Below, one piece after another: positions 35,840 through 49,554 of a stretch of 64,000 nucleotides of DNA. The DNA is taken from NCBI RefSeq assembly GCF_020745735.1, contig NC_083401.1:99321740-99385739 (forward strand), given 5' to 3'. The stretch's first letter is position 1; every line of letters starts with the position of its first letter. A model generated the notes under the pieces. That model did no database searches, was not told where the DNA came from, and saw only the letters and a program-made list of their open reading frames with translations. The position numbers and the translations under genes are program-made. This DNA is from Hemiscyllium ocellatum (taxonomy: Eukaryota).

Positions 35840-36108
35840 CACTCTGGTAACCCACCCAGACCCATTCCTCTATCCTATATTTACTCAGACTTATGCACCT
35901 AATCGATATGTCCCTGAACACAATGGGCAATTTAGCATGGCCAATTCACCTAACCTGCATATCTTTGGACTGTGAGAGGAAACCAGAGTACCCGGAGAAA
36001 ATCCACGCAGACACAGGGAGAAAGTGCAAACTCCACACAGATAGTCGTCTAAGGGTGGAATCAAATCTGAGTCTCTCATGCTTGTGAGACACTGTACTGC
36101 CCACCATG
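35840..36108 (-). mobile_element. HE1/V-SINE-like SINE, abutting a CR1 3' end (36110-36230, +)
   Basis: aatttagcatggccaattcacctaacctgca...gcaaactccacacag. Confidence 0.8.
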
Positions 36109-37229
36109 GTTCAGAAGGGCTTAAAGGGATATGGGCCAAATGCTTGCAAATGGGACTAGATCAGTTTAGAATCTCAGGACAGTGTGGACGAGTTGGGTCG
36201 AAGGGTCTGTTTCCATGCTGTATGACTCTATAAGAAATGAACATGAAGGATTGGTGGGTCACCTCAATTACCAGGTTGAGTCAACAATTCAGTGTATGAC
36301 CTGTGTCTTGTGTTGCATTTCATCCTCATTCGGCTTGCAAATGCACACTAAAAATGGCTGTTCTCACAGGAAGAGTAGGTGGAAGCAAATGTTTTTTTTT
36401 CTGCCTAGGAATGAAGGCTTTATTTGAGAGAGATGAGACCCTTACACATTTCAGATTTAAGTATCTGTAATCATAGAATTCTGTCTGTAAACTTCATGTA
36501 GGGACCAAATATATCAAATAGAAACCGTGGCCACAAGCAACCTTGATCATGTCATTGGTCATTACAGATTGATCACAGATATCTCTGTGAAGAAATCGTA
36601 ACCACAAGCAACTTTAAGAATATTGCCTATGGGTTGCAATTCGCAAAGACAACCCAAAATCTCAGGCTGCACAAGGGCAGGAGCTAGTCTTCTTTGAATT
36701 GTTAAGTTCTTGCCAACATGCTCTTAAATGCAATTCTGCCTTTCTCTGGTGATATGAATGGTGGGTTTGTGGGGGACAATGTTCAGAGATTCGACAGCAC
36801 TTACAATCTCCCAATGTATTTACAAGGGTTGTCATGCTGCATAACTCAGAATAAAGTCCAATGTGTTGTAGGTCCTAGTTCAGGGATGCCACGGCCATTC
36901 TAGTTGGAGTCCTCCATGTCCTATTACATTGAGGACTATGGTAAATTATCATGTGTGTGTAATGCTGACTGCTCACATTACTCCTCAGCTGTTCAGTTTC
37001 TGTTTTTGTGACCATGGATTAATTGGAATCCTTGGATCCAGTCTCAGCAGGAGTTATTGTCACTGTGAACATGGTTCAACAAAGGATCAGAGAGGCTGAA
37101 GTGGAAAAAATCACCAGCAAAGCCAAAAACAACCTCGAACAGCTGCCCTCCCATGCCATTTGAAGGAGCTGCTGCTGAAGGTTCACTCAAGATAAAGGAG
37201 GCTCAGAATCTATTGTCTTTGATGTTGTT

Positions 37230-38000
37230 TGCTCCAGGTGAATGAGACACAGACTGAGGACATCCTGGGACACCATACAGAATTATGTCATCTGCTGGAG
37301 CGGGACATGTAACCTGAAGGGTTGGGCGTTGGTCTTACCCTAGTGGTCATCAAGGTCACAGTGTTGTGCTAAACTTTTATGCAACTGGTTCCTTTCAAGG
37401 ATTGACTAGGGATTTGTGTGGAATCTCTCAATCCTCGAATTGCATATATATTAAGGTTATTACCAATGCAATTTTTGCCAGATCAAATTGCTTCATCTTG
37501 ATTCCCTGTGACCAGGACAGTGCTACAATCCAGGATGGAGCCTTTGTCAACATAGTCAGCTTCACTCAGGAGCAGGGTGCACTAGCTTATTCACACATTG
37601 CACTGGGAGCTCCATATCATGACAGCAACCTTCAACAGAAAATTCTTCCATTTAGCCAACATACAAGTCATCTGGGCCACCACAGACATTGCCATGACGC
37701 CTTTATCTTTAAGAACTCTCAAGTACCAGCTACATGTCAGGAACTGGATGCCTTATAAGGAAGGTTACTGGGAGTCAAGGTGTACCCTTTGCTACCATGG
37801 TTGATGAATTCATTGCACAACCCCCCCGACTGAAGCTGAGTGATGATGAAATGCAGTTGGCTGTCCAATAGCAGAGTACACAGGTCTCCCGAGGTGAGAT
37901 TCAGAGCTTCGATTAGTCTGCAGGGCCTTGCAGGACAGTCCAGACTCAACGTGCTGTGTAATTCTACCATGCTGTGCTAGGCACAATTAGATCCAACAAA
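37230..38000 (+). mobile_element. Harbinger/PIF (HARBI1-like) DDE transposase relic
   Basis: LNFYATGSFQ..DLCGISQSS, QGAL..SHIAL, NRKFFHLANIQ, GRLLGVKVYPLLPWLM (cf. LLGDKGYPL.WLM); possible TIR aaaattcagccc near 38830. Confidence 0.8.
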
Positions 38001-39424
38001 TTAGGAATGTAATGGATGCTGAAGAGCTGTGAGAGTGACAGTAGTCTTCTGAGGAGGAAAATGAGGACATTAATTACGAGGAAGATCACCTTCATCATGA
38101 TGGAGTAGTGCAGCATCCAGTGTGAGAAACCAGTTTGGATTTAAATGGCACCCACTTCCAATAAATATGTTGGATGAGGTTATCATTCATTGATTGTAAA
38201 TTTTTTTGTTGCTTGAATGCCAACTAGTCCCTATTTTGTCTAGCTTTTCTTGTTGGTTTTTAATTTATGGTTCCGGTTGTTCAATAGAAATTCATATCAT
38301 CAACTAGAAGGCCTAAAAAGATTTGATGCTCCCAAATTGAACAATGACAAGATGTTGTGCTTTGCTGGGCATGAGTGAGAGGATAGAGAATTGTATACAG
38401 CGTTCGAACATGGCATATTGTTGCTAAGGATGGGTAGCCCCTATTCTTGCAGATATTATTACTAAGACTGTTAATCAAGTAGGTGATGATGTAAAGTAGC
38501 AACACATTGATGAATGTGAGATTCTATTACATAAAGTATCACTTGTGTTACCTGTGTGTCCTGAGAAGCTTAATTTCTTTGGTTCTCTCCCACTGATCAT
38601 ACTGTGAAGGGCTATTCCTAGCTGGCAGCATTTGAGGTGGTGCACAGCTGCCCTTTAAATATGGCACCAATGGTATAAATCCTGCACCTTCCTGGCAATG
38701 TGACATATTTCTGCTGTGAGTGAGCACATGATAATGTAAGTAGGGTGATATTGGGGTGCAGTACCCACATACTAAGGTGAGTAGTCTCCAAGAAACTCCC
38801 TGAAATTGTCACTCGTCAATCATTTGATAAAATTCAGCCCTGCTTCCTCTTGTGGGAATGTTCAAAACCATGGTTGGGTAACTCAGAGGATTGTGCAACT
38901 TTGAACTCTCTGCCTCAGAAGTTAGTGAAGACAGGATTATCGAAAAGCGATAGATTTTTAAGAAGGCAATGGAATCAAAGGTAATTGGGAATAGGTGGAA
39001 ATGTGGAATTCAAACACAAATAATGATCTTACTGAATGACAGACTAAGTTGCATAACTCTGTTCCTAATTCATATGACCGCATGCTCATCATTCAGAAAA
39101 CTGTGGCTTTGTTTGCTGTGCTTTCCCCCTTGTAGGAAGTATCTCAAATATACCTATAACAATACCTTATTGACAGTAGTTCATTGTTAGCCTAATTACC
39201 TGCCACTCATTAACTTCAAGTTGCCACATAACCCAAGCACAACTGGAAAGGGTGAGAGGAACTGCCTTGAGGTTTTGCTTCAGTGAAGAGGAATTTCCCT
39301 GTTTCATGTATGCTCCCATAATTCTCTAACATTGGATTTATTTCCAACATGCTGTGACAAGACCTTAATATTACAACACAAAAAATGACTTCAAAGAACT
39401 ACTGGTAACAATTTTATCAATGAT

Positions 39425-42400
39425 ACATAGAACATAGAACATAGAACATAGGAAAGTACAGCATAGAACAGGCCCTTTGGCCCACGATGTTGTGCCGAGG
39501 TTTAATCCTAATGTATAACATAGTAACTTAACCTATGCACCCCTCAACTCACTGCAATCCATGTGCATGTCCAGCAGTCGTTTAAATGTCCCTCATGACT
39601 TTGCTTCCACCACCACAGCTGGGAACGCATTCCATACATTCACAACTCTCTGCATAAAGAACCTACCTCTGACATCTCCTTTATATTTTCCTTCTAATAT
39701 CTTCAAACTATGACTCCCCATACCAGTCAATCCTGCCCTGGGACTATTGACTCTATCTATTCCACTCATTATCTTGTATACCTTGATCAGGTCTCCTCTC
39801 TTCCTCCTTCTCTCCAAAGAGAAGAGTCCGAGCTTATTCAACCTTTCTTCATAAGGCAAGCCTTCCAGTCCAGGCAGCATCCTGGTAAACCTTCTTCGCA
39901 CCCTCTACAAAGTCTCTGCATCTTTCCTATAGTAGGGTGACCAGAACATTCCAAGTGTGGTCTCACCAGTAGAGCTGTAGTAAAACCTCGCGGCTCATAA
40001 ACTCGATCCCCCTGTTAATGAAAGCCAAACTACCATATGATTCCTTAACAACCCTATTCACTTGGGTGGCAATTTTGAGGGATCTATGTACTTGCACACC
40101 CAGATCCCTCTGTTCCTCCACACTGCCAAAAATCCTGTCTTTAATCCTATATTCAGCATTTGAGTTTGACCTTCCAAAGTGCATCACTTTGCATTTATCC
40201 AGGTTGAACTCCATCTGCCATTTCTCAGCCCAGCTCTGCACCCTATATTGCGCTGCAGCCTGGAGTAGCCCTCAATACTACCAATGGCATCTCCAACCTT
40301 TGTGTCATCTGCAAATTTACTAACCCACCCCTCAACCTCCTCATCCAAGTCATTTATAAAAACTACAAAGAGCAAAGGCCCAAGTACAGAGCCCTACGGG
40401 ACTCCACTCAACACTGACCTCCAGGCAGAATACTTTCCATCTACAACCACTCTGTCTTCTCTCAGCCAGCCAATTCTGAATCCCAGATAGCCAAATCTCC
40501 CTGTATCCCATATTTCCTGACTTTATGAATGAGCCTACCATGGGGAACCTTATCAAATGCCTTGCTGAAGTCCATATACATCACATCCACTGCTCAACCT
40601 TCTTGTCTTGTCACCTCCTCAAAGAATTCAATAAGATTTGTGAGGCATGACCTGCCCCTCACAAAGCCATACTGACTGCCTTTAATCACACTATGCTTTG
40701 CCCAATACTCATAAATTCTATCCCCAGAATTCTTTCCAAAACTTTGCTGACCACAGACGTAAGACTGACTGGTTTGTAATTGCCAGGGATTTCCCTGTTA
40801 CCCTTCATGAAAGGAGGAACAATATTTGCCTCCTTCCAATCCTCCGGTGTGACTCCCATGGAGAGTGAGGAGGCAAATATCCTTGCCAACAGCTTAGCAA
40901 CGTCCTTCCTTGCTTCCCAGAGCATCCTAGGATAAATCTGGTCTGGCCCTGGGGACTTATCAATCTTAATATTTTCCAAAGTTTCCAGCACATCAACTTC
41001 ATCAATCTTGATCTGGTCAAGCCTGTATCCCAGCTCCTGAAGTTCTCATTTAGAACAAGGTCCCTTTCTTGGTGAAAACCTAAACAAAAACACTCATTAA
41101 GGGCTTCCCCTATCTGCTCAGACTCCATGCACAAGTTCTCTGCTCTATCCCTGACCAGCCCTACCTTCTCCCTAATCATTCTCTTATTCCTCACGTATGA
41201 GGAAAATGCCTTTGGGTTCTCCCTAATCATTCTTGCCAAGCCTTTATCATGCCCCCTCCTGGCTGTCCTCATTCCATTTCTGAGCTCCTTTCTAGCAAGC
41301 CTGTACTCCTCTAAAGCTGTGCTAGATCCTTGCTTCCTCCACCTTACGTAAGCTGTCGTCTTCGTTTTGACAAGAAGATCCCCTGTTCACATCATTCAAG
41401 GTTCCTTAATCTTGCCCCTTCTTACCTGTCTCAGAGGAACAAATTCCTGCATCACTTGTAACAACTTAAATAGTCTCCACATGTCTGCTGTGCCCTTTCT
41501 GTGGAACAATTGGTTCCAGTCTGTACCTCCCAACTCCAATCTGATAGCGTCATAATTTCCTTTTCCCCAATTAAATATCTTCCCTCGGTAACTGCTCCTT
41601 CCCCTCTCCAAGTCTATGGTAAATGTGAGGCAGTTGTGATCACTGTCACCAAAGTGTTCTCCCACCGCGAGATCTGACACCTGTCCTGGCTCGTGCCGAG
41701 CACCAAATCTAAAATGGCCTCTCCCCTCGTCAGTCTGTTTACATACTGAGTAAGGAAACCCTCCTGAACACACCTGACAAAAACGGCTCCATCCAAACCA
41801 TCTGCACTAAGGAGGTTCCAGTCGATATTGAGAAAGTTGAAATCACCCATAACAACAACCCTGCTACTTTTGAATTTTTCCAGAATCTGCCCGCCTATGA
41901 GTTCTTCAATCTCTCTACTGTTATTAGGGGGTCTGCAGAAAACTCCCAATGCGGTGGCTGTTTCCTTGCTTTTCCTAACTTCCACCCATACTGACTCACT
42001 AGACAAACCTTCCTCAACAACTTTTGTTTCTGTAGCTGTGATGCACTCTCTGATTAGCAATACTACACCCCCTCCTCTCTTTCCACCATCCCTGTTCTTT
42101 TTAAACGTTCTAAACCATGGAACATCAAGCAACATTCCTGTCCCTGTGAAACCCACATCTCCGTTATGGCCACAACATCATAACCCCAAGTACTGATCCA
42201 TGCTCTAAGTTTGTCACTCTTATTTCGGACACTCCTTGCGTTAAAGCAGACACACTTTAACCGATCCCTTTGTTTCATTGTGTGAGAAACCTTCCCGATA
42301 GATTCAATACATCCTGTCACTGCCCCATCTGCAACTGTTCTCCTCTCAGACATGTGGCTCTGATTCCCATCCCCCTGCCAAACTAGTTTAAATCCTCCTG

Positions 42401-42845
42401 AACCACACGAGCAAATCTCCCATCCAGGATATTTGTGCCCCTCCAGTTCAGGTGCAACCCCTACTTCATGTATAGGTCCCACCTTCCCCAGAAGATATCC
42501 CAATGGTCTAGGTATCTGAAGCCTACCCTCCTGCACCATTCTCACAAACACGTGTTAAGCTGCATTCACTGACTGTTCCTCATCTCACTATCTTGTGGCA
42601 GGGGTAGCAAACCCGAGATCACTACTCTAGTCATCCTGCTCTTCAGCTTCCTACTTAACTCGCTGTAGTCACTTTTCAGATCCTCAATCCCTTTCCTGGC
42701 TATATCATTGGTGCTAATAGGTACCACAGCTTCTGGCTGCTCACCCTTCCCCTTCAGAATCTTAGAAACCCAATCGGTGACATCCTGGACCTGGCACCGG
42801 GGAGGCAACATACCTTCCGGGAGTCCCGTTTCTGACCCCAAATAC
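39425..42845 (-). mobile_element. Long CR1 LINE (partial ORF1 esterase + EN + RT), degraded
   Basis: ORF1 QDVTD..GEQPEAVV..STNDIARK; EN CFNARS, VMGDFN, GDSDH; RT KSPGPD, FADD; (ttctatg)n tail. Confidence 0.93.
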
Positions 42846-45669
42846 ATCAATAATATAAAAAAACTAAGCTAAGCATTCATGTGCATCCCCTTGGTGCCTT
42901 GTCTTCTAGGTTCCTTTCTCTTTTCCACGATCCGTTTTAATGGTCACACCAGTGACTGCAGCATGGCCAGTGCAAAAGTGTTGAATTTCACTGGAGAGAC
43001 TGTAGCTGGCCTTCCTACATGATTTTGAGCAGCTCTGCTGCTATGACATACAAGGCTGGAGGGAAGTATTAAATACTTACTGCAGATTTTCTGTAATGAA
43101 TATTCAAGACAGGTATTTTTGGCAGAGAAATGGTTATAGCTTATCATTTTAATTTGTGCAATGTTGTCATGTTTTGCAGAAAACTTAACAAAAGAAAATA
43201 TTTGGGAGGAACAAGAAATGTAATACATGAAAAAACACCAACCATAAATTAATTTATTTTGGTTCCTGTTCCTCCTAGAGTTAGAAAATAAAATAAAAAT
43301 GGTTTGCTGAAAAAAAAAGCAGGAAAGATATACAAAGAACTTAGGGGTATATTTTCAACTTGTTTCTTGGGCAGAGAATGTTTTTAAGATTGGTGACCCA
43401 TTATTTTAAAAAAAACGCAGTTTGAAAATGACATGATTTCCACGATGGAAATCCAATTTCCAAAGTTTGCTTTATGTCCAGGTAACATGTTGAAAATTTA
43501 TCACACAGTTTCAAACTCTTGCATCTTTTGTCTTCATCGTAGACTATTGTTGGACAAACAGTTTCTCCACAGGAGTCACATTAACAAAGTTGCTACCTCA
43601 AGTCTTTTGATTTGCACAATTACACTACTTTAAAACAGAACATTAACAAATAGAAAGTTGAAGAATGAATAGCTTTGAGAGAACCTCATCATTTTATCCA
43701 CAATATCCAATGCTTTTGTTCTTTTATTTCTCTAATTCCACTTGCTGCATTTCTCTTGAGTTTTTCTTTTTGATTTATAACAGAAATGTATGGTTCGCCA
43801 GGCAGTTTTGGATGGGATCAGATTGGTCAGCTATTATACGCTTATTGTATTTGATAATTGATGCAATCGACTCTAATGAAACTGATCTAACAGGGATTAC
43901 TGGTGGCTGATCTGATATTGCCCATATTATGTAAATTTCTACATTCATTCTCAAAACGGCTATTAAAACATCACATATCACAGAACAATTTCGATAGCCT
44001 TTTGTAAGAATAGCATCAAAAATTAATGTCACAAAACATTTGGAAGTTATTGAATTTCAAATCAAGTATATGGAAAAGTAACAAGAAAAAGCTTCCAACA
44101 CATTTTTGTTTACAATTCACACTTTGAAATCATTTTGTAACCACTAGGTAACAAATAGCTCATGACCCATTCAGTTGGGACTAGCAGACTGCCAGTGTGT
44201 TAGGATTTCCTTTGGCTCCCCCTTCCTTTCATTCTGAAACATTGCTCATGTTCATTCAACTTTTTATCTAGGATTCTCCATAGTTAGAAAATCTAAAGGT
44301 TAACCCATTACAACAAGATTTATGTGTATTTCAGTAAATGGATACTTCATTTATTCGAAATATTTTGGAATTTGCTTTTCCTCCCTCACACAAGATTTTT
44401 TCCTCTTCTTTTCAAGCAGCAACTCCATGCCTTGATCTGCGTTCACAAGCATTGGTTGCTCACAGGTATCTCACCAACTGGACATTATTTATTTCTGAGC
44501 ATACGCAGAAATTTGTGTGAAGTTATGTGATAACTTTTACAGTTCAATGTGTTAATGAAAATGTTTAATATAAAGCCTAATCCTATCTTCCACCAATCGC
44601 CATGTGCATGCTCTTTCAGCTGGAGCCACTAGATAATGGTTCAGAAAGAACAACTGGTTTTATATTGACCTTCTCCATTATTATTTTATTGATAATTTGT
44701 AATCAGTGAGCTGCCACATCCCGTACGTCAAAAAAAGTGGCAATGTTTTAGAAACAACCTCAAAATGTGAGCATTAATCATATGTAATGAAGATTATAAA
44801 TGCAGCATTTATGAAAAGAACAAATAAAAACTGGTTTCATTGCTTTTCATGATTTTCAAAGACTACTAACCATTTTATGTAAGCAATACGAAAAGCAGAT
44901 TCAGGATTTCATACTGTAAAAAGTATTATTAAAATACGTTTACAACAATTTACTTTTACACCATGTGACAGTTCAATATTTGGGAACTGAGTTTAGCATC
45001 AAGTCCATGTACAATGATATAAAATAACAAAACTGATATTAAAAGAGTGCTTTCACAGAACAGATTTCAGAAGGCATTTGTTTGGACAGAAATGCTGTCA
45101 TATAAATGACATTCTTCTTCTCCAGTGAATTTTGTAACTGTATGGCAGGTAATTTTAAAATGGCACTTTGTGTCAAATAAAATAAAAAATAAATTTAATG
45201 CTATCTCTTTATGTTTCTGAAAATTGACTGAACTAAAAACTCAAACATTCAGCACTATACAAATCAAATTCAGTGCCAATACATTGGATGTTTGTTGAAT
45301 TAAAATTGCAAAATCTTCCAACATTTTAATCAGTCTCAAGAAGGTTAAGTGCAGTTAAGTAATCATTTCATCCTTTCTATCATTCCAAAAGTCTGTCATT
45401 TTACTTAACTTTGAAATCACATTTTTCCCCTCAATTTCCTTTCCCATTTAATTTAGGAGAAAAGCAGAGACCAAACAAAGTAAAAGTAATATATATTTGC
45501 ATTTGTTTCCAGAAAACAATGAATATTTGTTTGTTGTAAGTTCTTATTAATAACATATGTGATCTCATTATATTGAATTCTTGGATGCACATTTTTCTAG
45601 TTGATCACTGACAAACTACAAGTTTAAGCATTACCACCTTTTTGTAACATTCTTTGAGCGTACACCAGC

Positions 45670-45970
45670 ATCCCAAGGCAGGGCAAAGGTTTGTTGCTCA
45701 CTGCATTGTTCAGCCATTTCAGCAGGTCATTAATCTGGAGTCATGTTTAGGCTGAAATAGATTAGAGTGACAGATCTTCTTCCTAAAGGACATTAATGAA
45801 CAAGTTGTTCCCTTATGAGAATGGTTACATATTCACCATTGGACTAATTTTAATACCAGATTTTAGTTGAATGCAAATTTCACCATTTGTCATGAATCAA
45901 ATATTAACCTGGCCCTCTGGATTACTACCCTGTAGTCCAGTAAAACTGGCACAATGCTACTGCATCCCCT
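45670..45970 (-). mobile_element. Degraded tRNA-SINE (family of 818-1158)
   Basis: ctggagtcatg..cctaaaggacattaatgaac..ctctggattact. Confidence 0.55.
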
Positions 45971-46047
45971 TGTCAATTGTAGGGACTGAAAAATGAGAAT
46001 TGTCCTTTTTAAAATTTGATGTTGACAAAGATCATGGTATTAGAACA

Positions 46048-46370
46048 TCAGGGTGACATGATGGTTCAGGGTTAGCATTGGTACCTCACAGTGCTGGGGA
46101 CCCAGGTTTGACTTCACCGTCGGGTGGCTGTCTGCGTGGAGTTTGGACATTCTCCCCGTGTTTGTGAGGGTTTCCTCCCATAGTTCAAAGATATGGAAGT
46201 TAGGTGGATTGGCCACAGGGTTCAGAGATGTGTAGGCTACGTGGATAGTCATGGGAAATGCTGGGCTATAAGGTGATGGGGGGGGGGGGGTGAGTCTAGG
46301 TGGTATATTGTTTGGGTGCGGGTGTGGTGTGTGGGTTGAATGGCCTGCTTCCATACTGGGGATTGTATGA
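46048..46370 (+). mobile_element. HE1/V-SINE-like SINE
   Basis: ggttagca..cctcacagtgctggggacccaggtt..tgcgtggagtttggacattctccccgtg. Confidence 0.8.
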
Positions 46371-47479
46371 TCTGAGAAGGATTTTGATCTATTTCTAAAA
46401 TAGTTGTTATTCCTTCTTTCCTGCCCTGGGTCACTCTAAACCTCAGTGTTTTCTGACATTGAGGACAGAATAGCAACTTCCTCCCAAGTTGCCACCAACA
46501 AGACTGGATAGTGGGTAAGGGGAGCTGAAGCCCACAGTTTAATTAAATTGGAACATGCTACTTTTAGAGAACATTCCAACCAATAGTCCAGTGGAAAATT
46601 AATTGAATTCAGCCAATGAATTCTAGAAATAAACTAAGGTAGGAGTCATACCCTTCTGAACCATCCTCTAACATTCAGGTTGCGATTTTTGTGAATGCAT
46701 TGTGATTGGCATTCACATCTATGGCAAAGCCTTGGTATCAGACACTAGGAAATGACAGAAGTGGCTTTTGTACAATTATAAATACCTTGCTGCTGTGACT
46801 TACAAGAGCAGTTGCTTCAATGGGATACTGTTAATGTGACAGCTGACTATTGTTGAAAGAAAATTGAAGAGATTTGAAAGGTGTTTCAAAGGATCCATTT
46901 AATTAAACCACAACAGATCTCAACCCCTTAATTATGAAGCTTCACAAAGAGTAGAAAAATGTGAATTAATAGCAAGTGCAGATTTGCATCTTACTTTGAG
47001 TGTTGGACTTAGTAAGTACACAATTACAAGCAAATAATAAGGAAATAAATTAACCCTTAAAGTACTGTATAGCATATGCCACGTGTTCCCTTAGAAAATA
47101 GACAGCTTCGCTGATTGATTAATAATTGACATCATTCCTGTAATTATGCCATTTATTAATTATAAGTGGCCCAATCCTCAGAGACACCCTAGCATGAGCG
47201 AGTAACATTCTACCAGTCTTGATCACTGTCACTGGGTCTCCTGCTAGAAGATCAATTGGGTTCTCTACTTTGAAAGAAAACCAAGTATGCCAGCCTCAAT
47301 CTGGAACAGGAGCAAAGAGAAAAGTCAACAGGGAAGGTCTGTGGATAAAGGCCATGGATCACTACTTACATGCTGCTCCCCCAGATATACATTAACAACC
47401 TAAAACATGGCAATCGGCATAAATAGGCTTTCAAAAGTGAAAAATGGAACAATGGCATCCTCGTTAAGTTTAAATGCAT

Positions 47480-47890
47480 GGAAAAAGTTGCCCCCATGTC
47501 CCTTTTAAATATTTCCCCTCTCATCTTAAACCTGCGTCCTTTATTTTTGGACTCACCTACTCTGGGGAAAAGACATTGGCTATTCACCCTACCCATGCCC
47601 ATCATGACTTTAAACACTTCTATAAGGTCACCCCTCAGACTCTAATGCTTCAGGGGAGAAGTGCTCCAGCCTATTCAGCCTCTCCCTATAGCTCAAACTC
47701 TCCAAATCTCAGCAACATCCTTGCAAAATGAAAGCAGTATTTTGAAACTGCTCTAATCAATATTCATGACAGCTGCCAACTGACATCCCAACTCCTATAC
47801 ACAATGCACTGACCAATGAAGGCATGCATGCCAAGAGCATTCTCCACCACCCGGTCTATCTGAGATTCCACTTTGAAGCAACTATGCACC
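47480..47890 (-). mobile_element. CR1 3' fragment
   Basis: FKVMMGMGRVNSQCLFPRVGESKNKG on the minus strand. Confidence 0.8.
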
Positions 47891-48105
47891 TACGTGTTGG
47901 GAGACATTAAAAAGCCAGTAATATTTTTGCCCAAGCAGCAGTGGACAACCTTAGGTGTCAAACCCAAATGCACTTGGGTAATAGCTACACTGTTATGTAA
48001 GCCTCTTAAAACCATACTTAGTGCACTATTCCATTGTCTTTTTTGCAACATATTACACCAACCTTCAATTTATTTGAAATTTATTTGTCATTTACTTAAA
48101 TGATT

Positions 48106-49554
48106 TGGATTAGTAGTGCTGGAAGAGCACTGGCACCACTCTCCACCTCTTCCTCCGCTACATTAATGACTGCATTGGCGCCACCTCGTGCTCCTGCGAG
48201 GAGATTGAGCAATTCATCAACTTCACCAACACATTCCACCCTGACTTTAGATTTATCTGGACCATCTCTGACACCTCCCTCCCCATCCTGGACCTCTCCA
48301 TCTCCATTAATGATGACTGACTTGACACTGACATTTTTTACAAATCCACCGACTCCCACAGCTACCTGGATTACACCTCTTCTCAACCTACCTCCTGCAA
48401 AAAAGCCATCCTGTATTCCCAATTCCTCCGCCTCAGCTGTATCTGCTCCCAGGAGGACCAGTTCCACCACAGAACACACCAGATGGCTTCCTTCTTTAGA
48501 GACCGCAATTTCCCTTCCCACATGGTTAAAGATGCCCTCCAAAGCATCTCGTCCACATCGTCAGACCCCACTCTTCCAAGCTCAGAACAGCCCTGGTGCT
48601 CACCTTCCACCCTACCAACCTTCGCATAAACCAAACCATCCACTGACATTTCCGTCACATCCAAATAGACCCCACCACCAGGGATATATTTCCCTTCCAC
48701 CCCTTTCCACCTTCCGCAAAGACTGTTCCCTCTGTGACTACCTGGCCAGGTCCATGCCCCCCTACAACCCACCCTCCCATCCTGGCACCTTCCCCTGCCA
48801 CTGCAGGAATTGCAAAACCTGCGCCTACACGTCCTCCCTCACCTCTATCCAAGGCCCTAAAGGAGCCTTCCACATCCATCAAAGTTTTACCTGTACATCC
48901 ATCAATATCATTTATTGTATCCGTTGCTCCCGATGCGGTCTCCTCTACATTGGGGAGACTGGATGCCTCCTAACAGAGCGCTTTAGGGAACATCTCCGGG
49001 ACATCCGCACCAATCAACCACACCACCCTGTGGCCCAACATTTCAACTCCCCTTCCCACTCTGCCAAAGACGTGGAGGTCCTGGGCCTCCTTCACCGCTG
49101 CTCCCTCACCACCAGACACTTGGAGGAAGAACGCCTCATCTTCTGCCTCGGAACATTTCAACCCCAGGGCATCAATGTGGTCTTCAACAGTTTCCTCATT
49201 CCCCCTTCCCCACCTCACCCCAGTTCCAAATTTCCAGCTCAGCACTGTCCCCATGACTTGTACTACCTGCCTATCTTCTTTTCCACCTATCCACTCCACC
49301 CTCCTCCCCGACCTATCACTTTCATCCCCTCCTCCACTCACCTATTGTACTCTATGCTACTTTCTCCCCACCTGCACCCTCCTCTCACTTATCTCTCCAC
49401 CCTTCAGGTTCTCTGCCTTTATTCCTAATGAAGGGCTTTTGCCTGAAATGTTGATTTTACTGCTCCTTGGATGCTGCCTGAACCTTTGTGCTCTTCCAAC
49501 ACCACTAATCCAGAATCTGGGTTTCCAGCATCTGCTGTAATTGTTTTTACCCAG
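48106..49554 (+). mobile_element. 5'-truncated Penelope-like element (Neptune-type): RT C-half, Cys-rich linker, GIY-YIG, decayed HHR; inserted into a CR1
   Basis: RT FLRYINDC..FINFTNTFHP..YLDYTS; linker CHCRNCKTC; NIIYCIRCSRCGLLYIGET..RFREH; short inverted terminus at 48106-48130; 13-bp TSD aaatgatttggat (48098-48110, 49555-49567); decayed HHR CTAATGA..GAAATGTT at 49421-49455. Confidence 0.93.

Noticed and set aside
48100-49428. 442-aa ORF as a novel host gene
   Set aside because: Chance read-through of a frameshifted PLE: the N-half is the wrong frame of the RT, and only the middle part is the GIY-YIG frame.
49421-49455. Active hammerhead ribozyme
   Set aside because: Core is mutated (CUAAUGA, GAAAUGUU); counted only as a relic.
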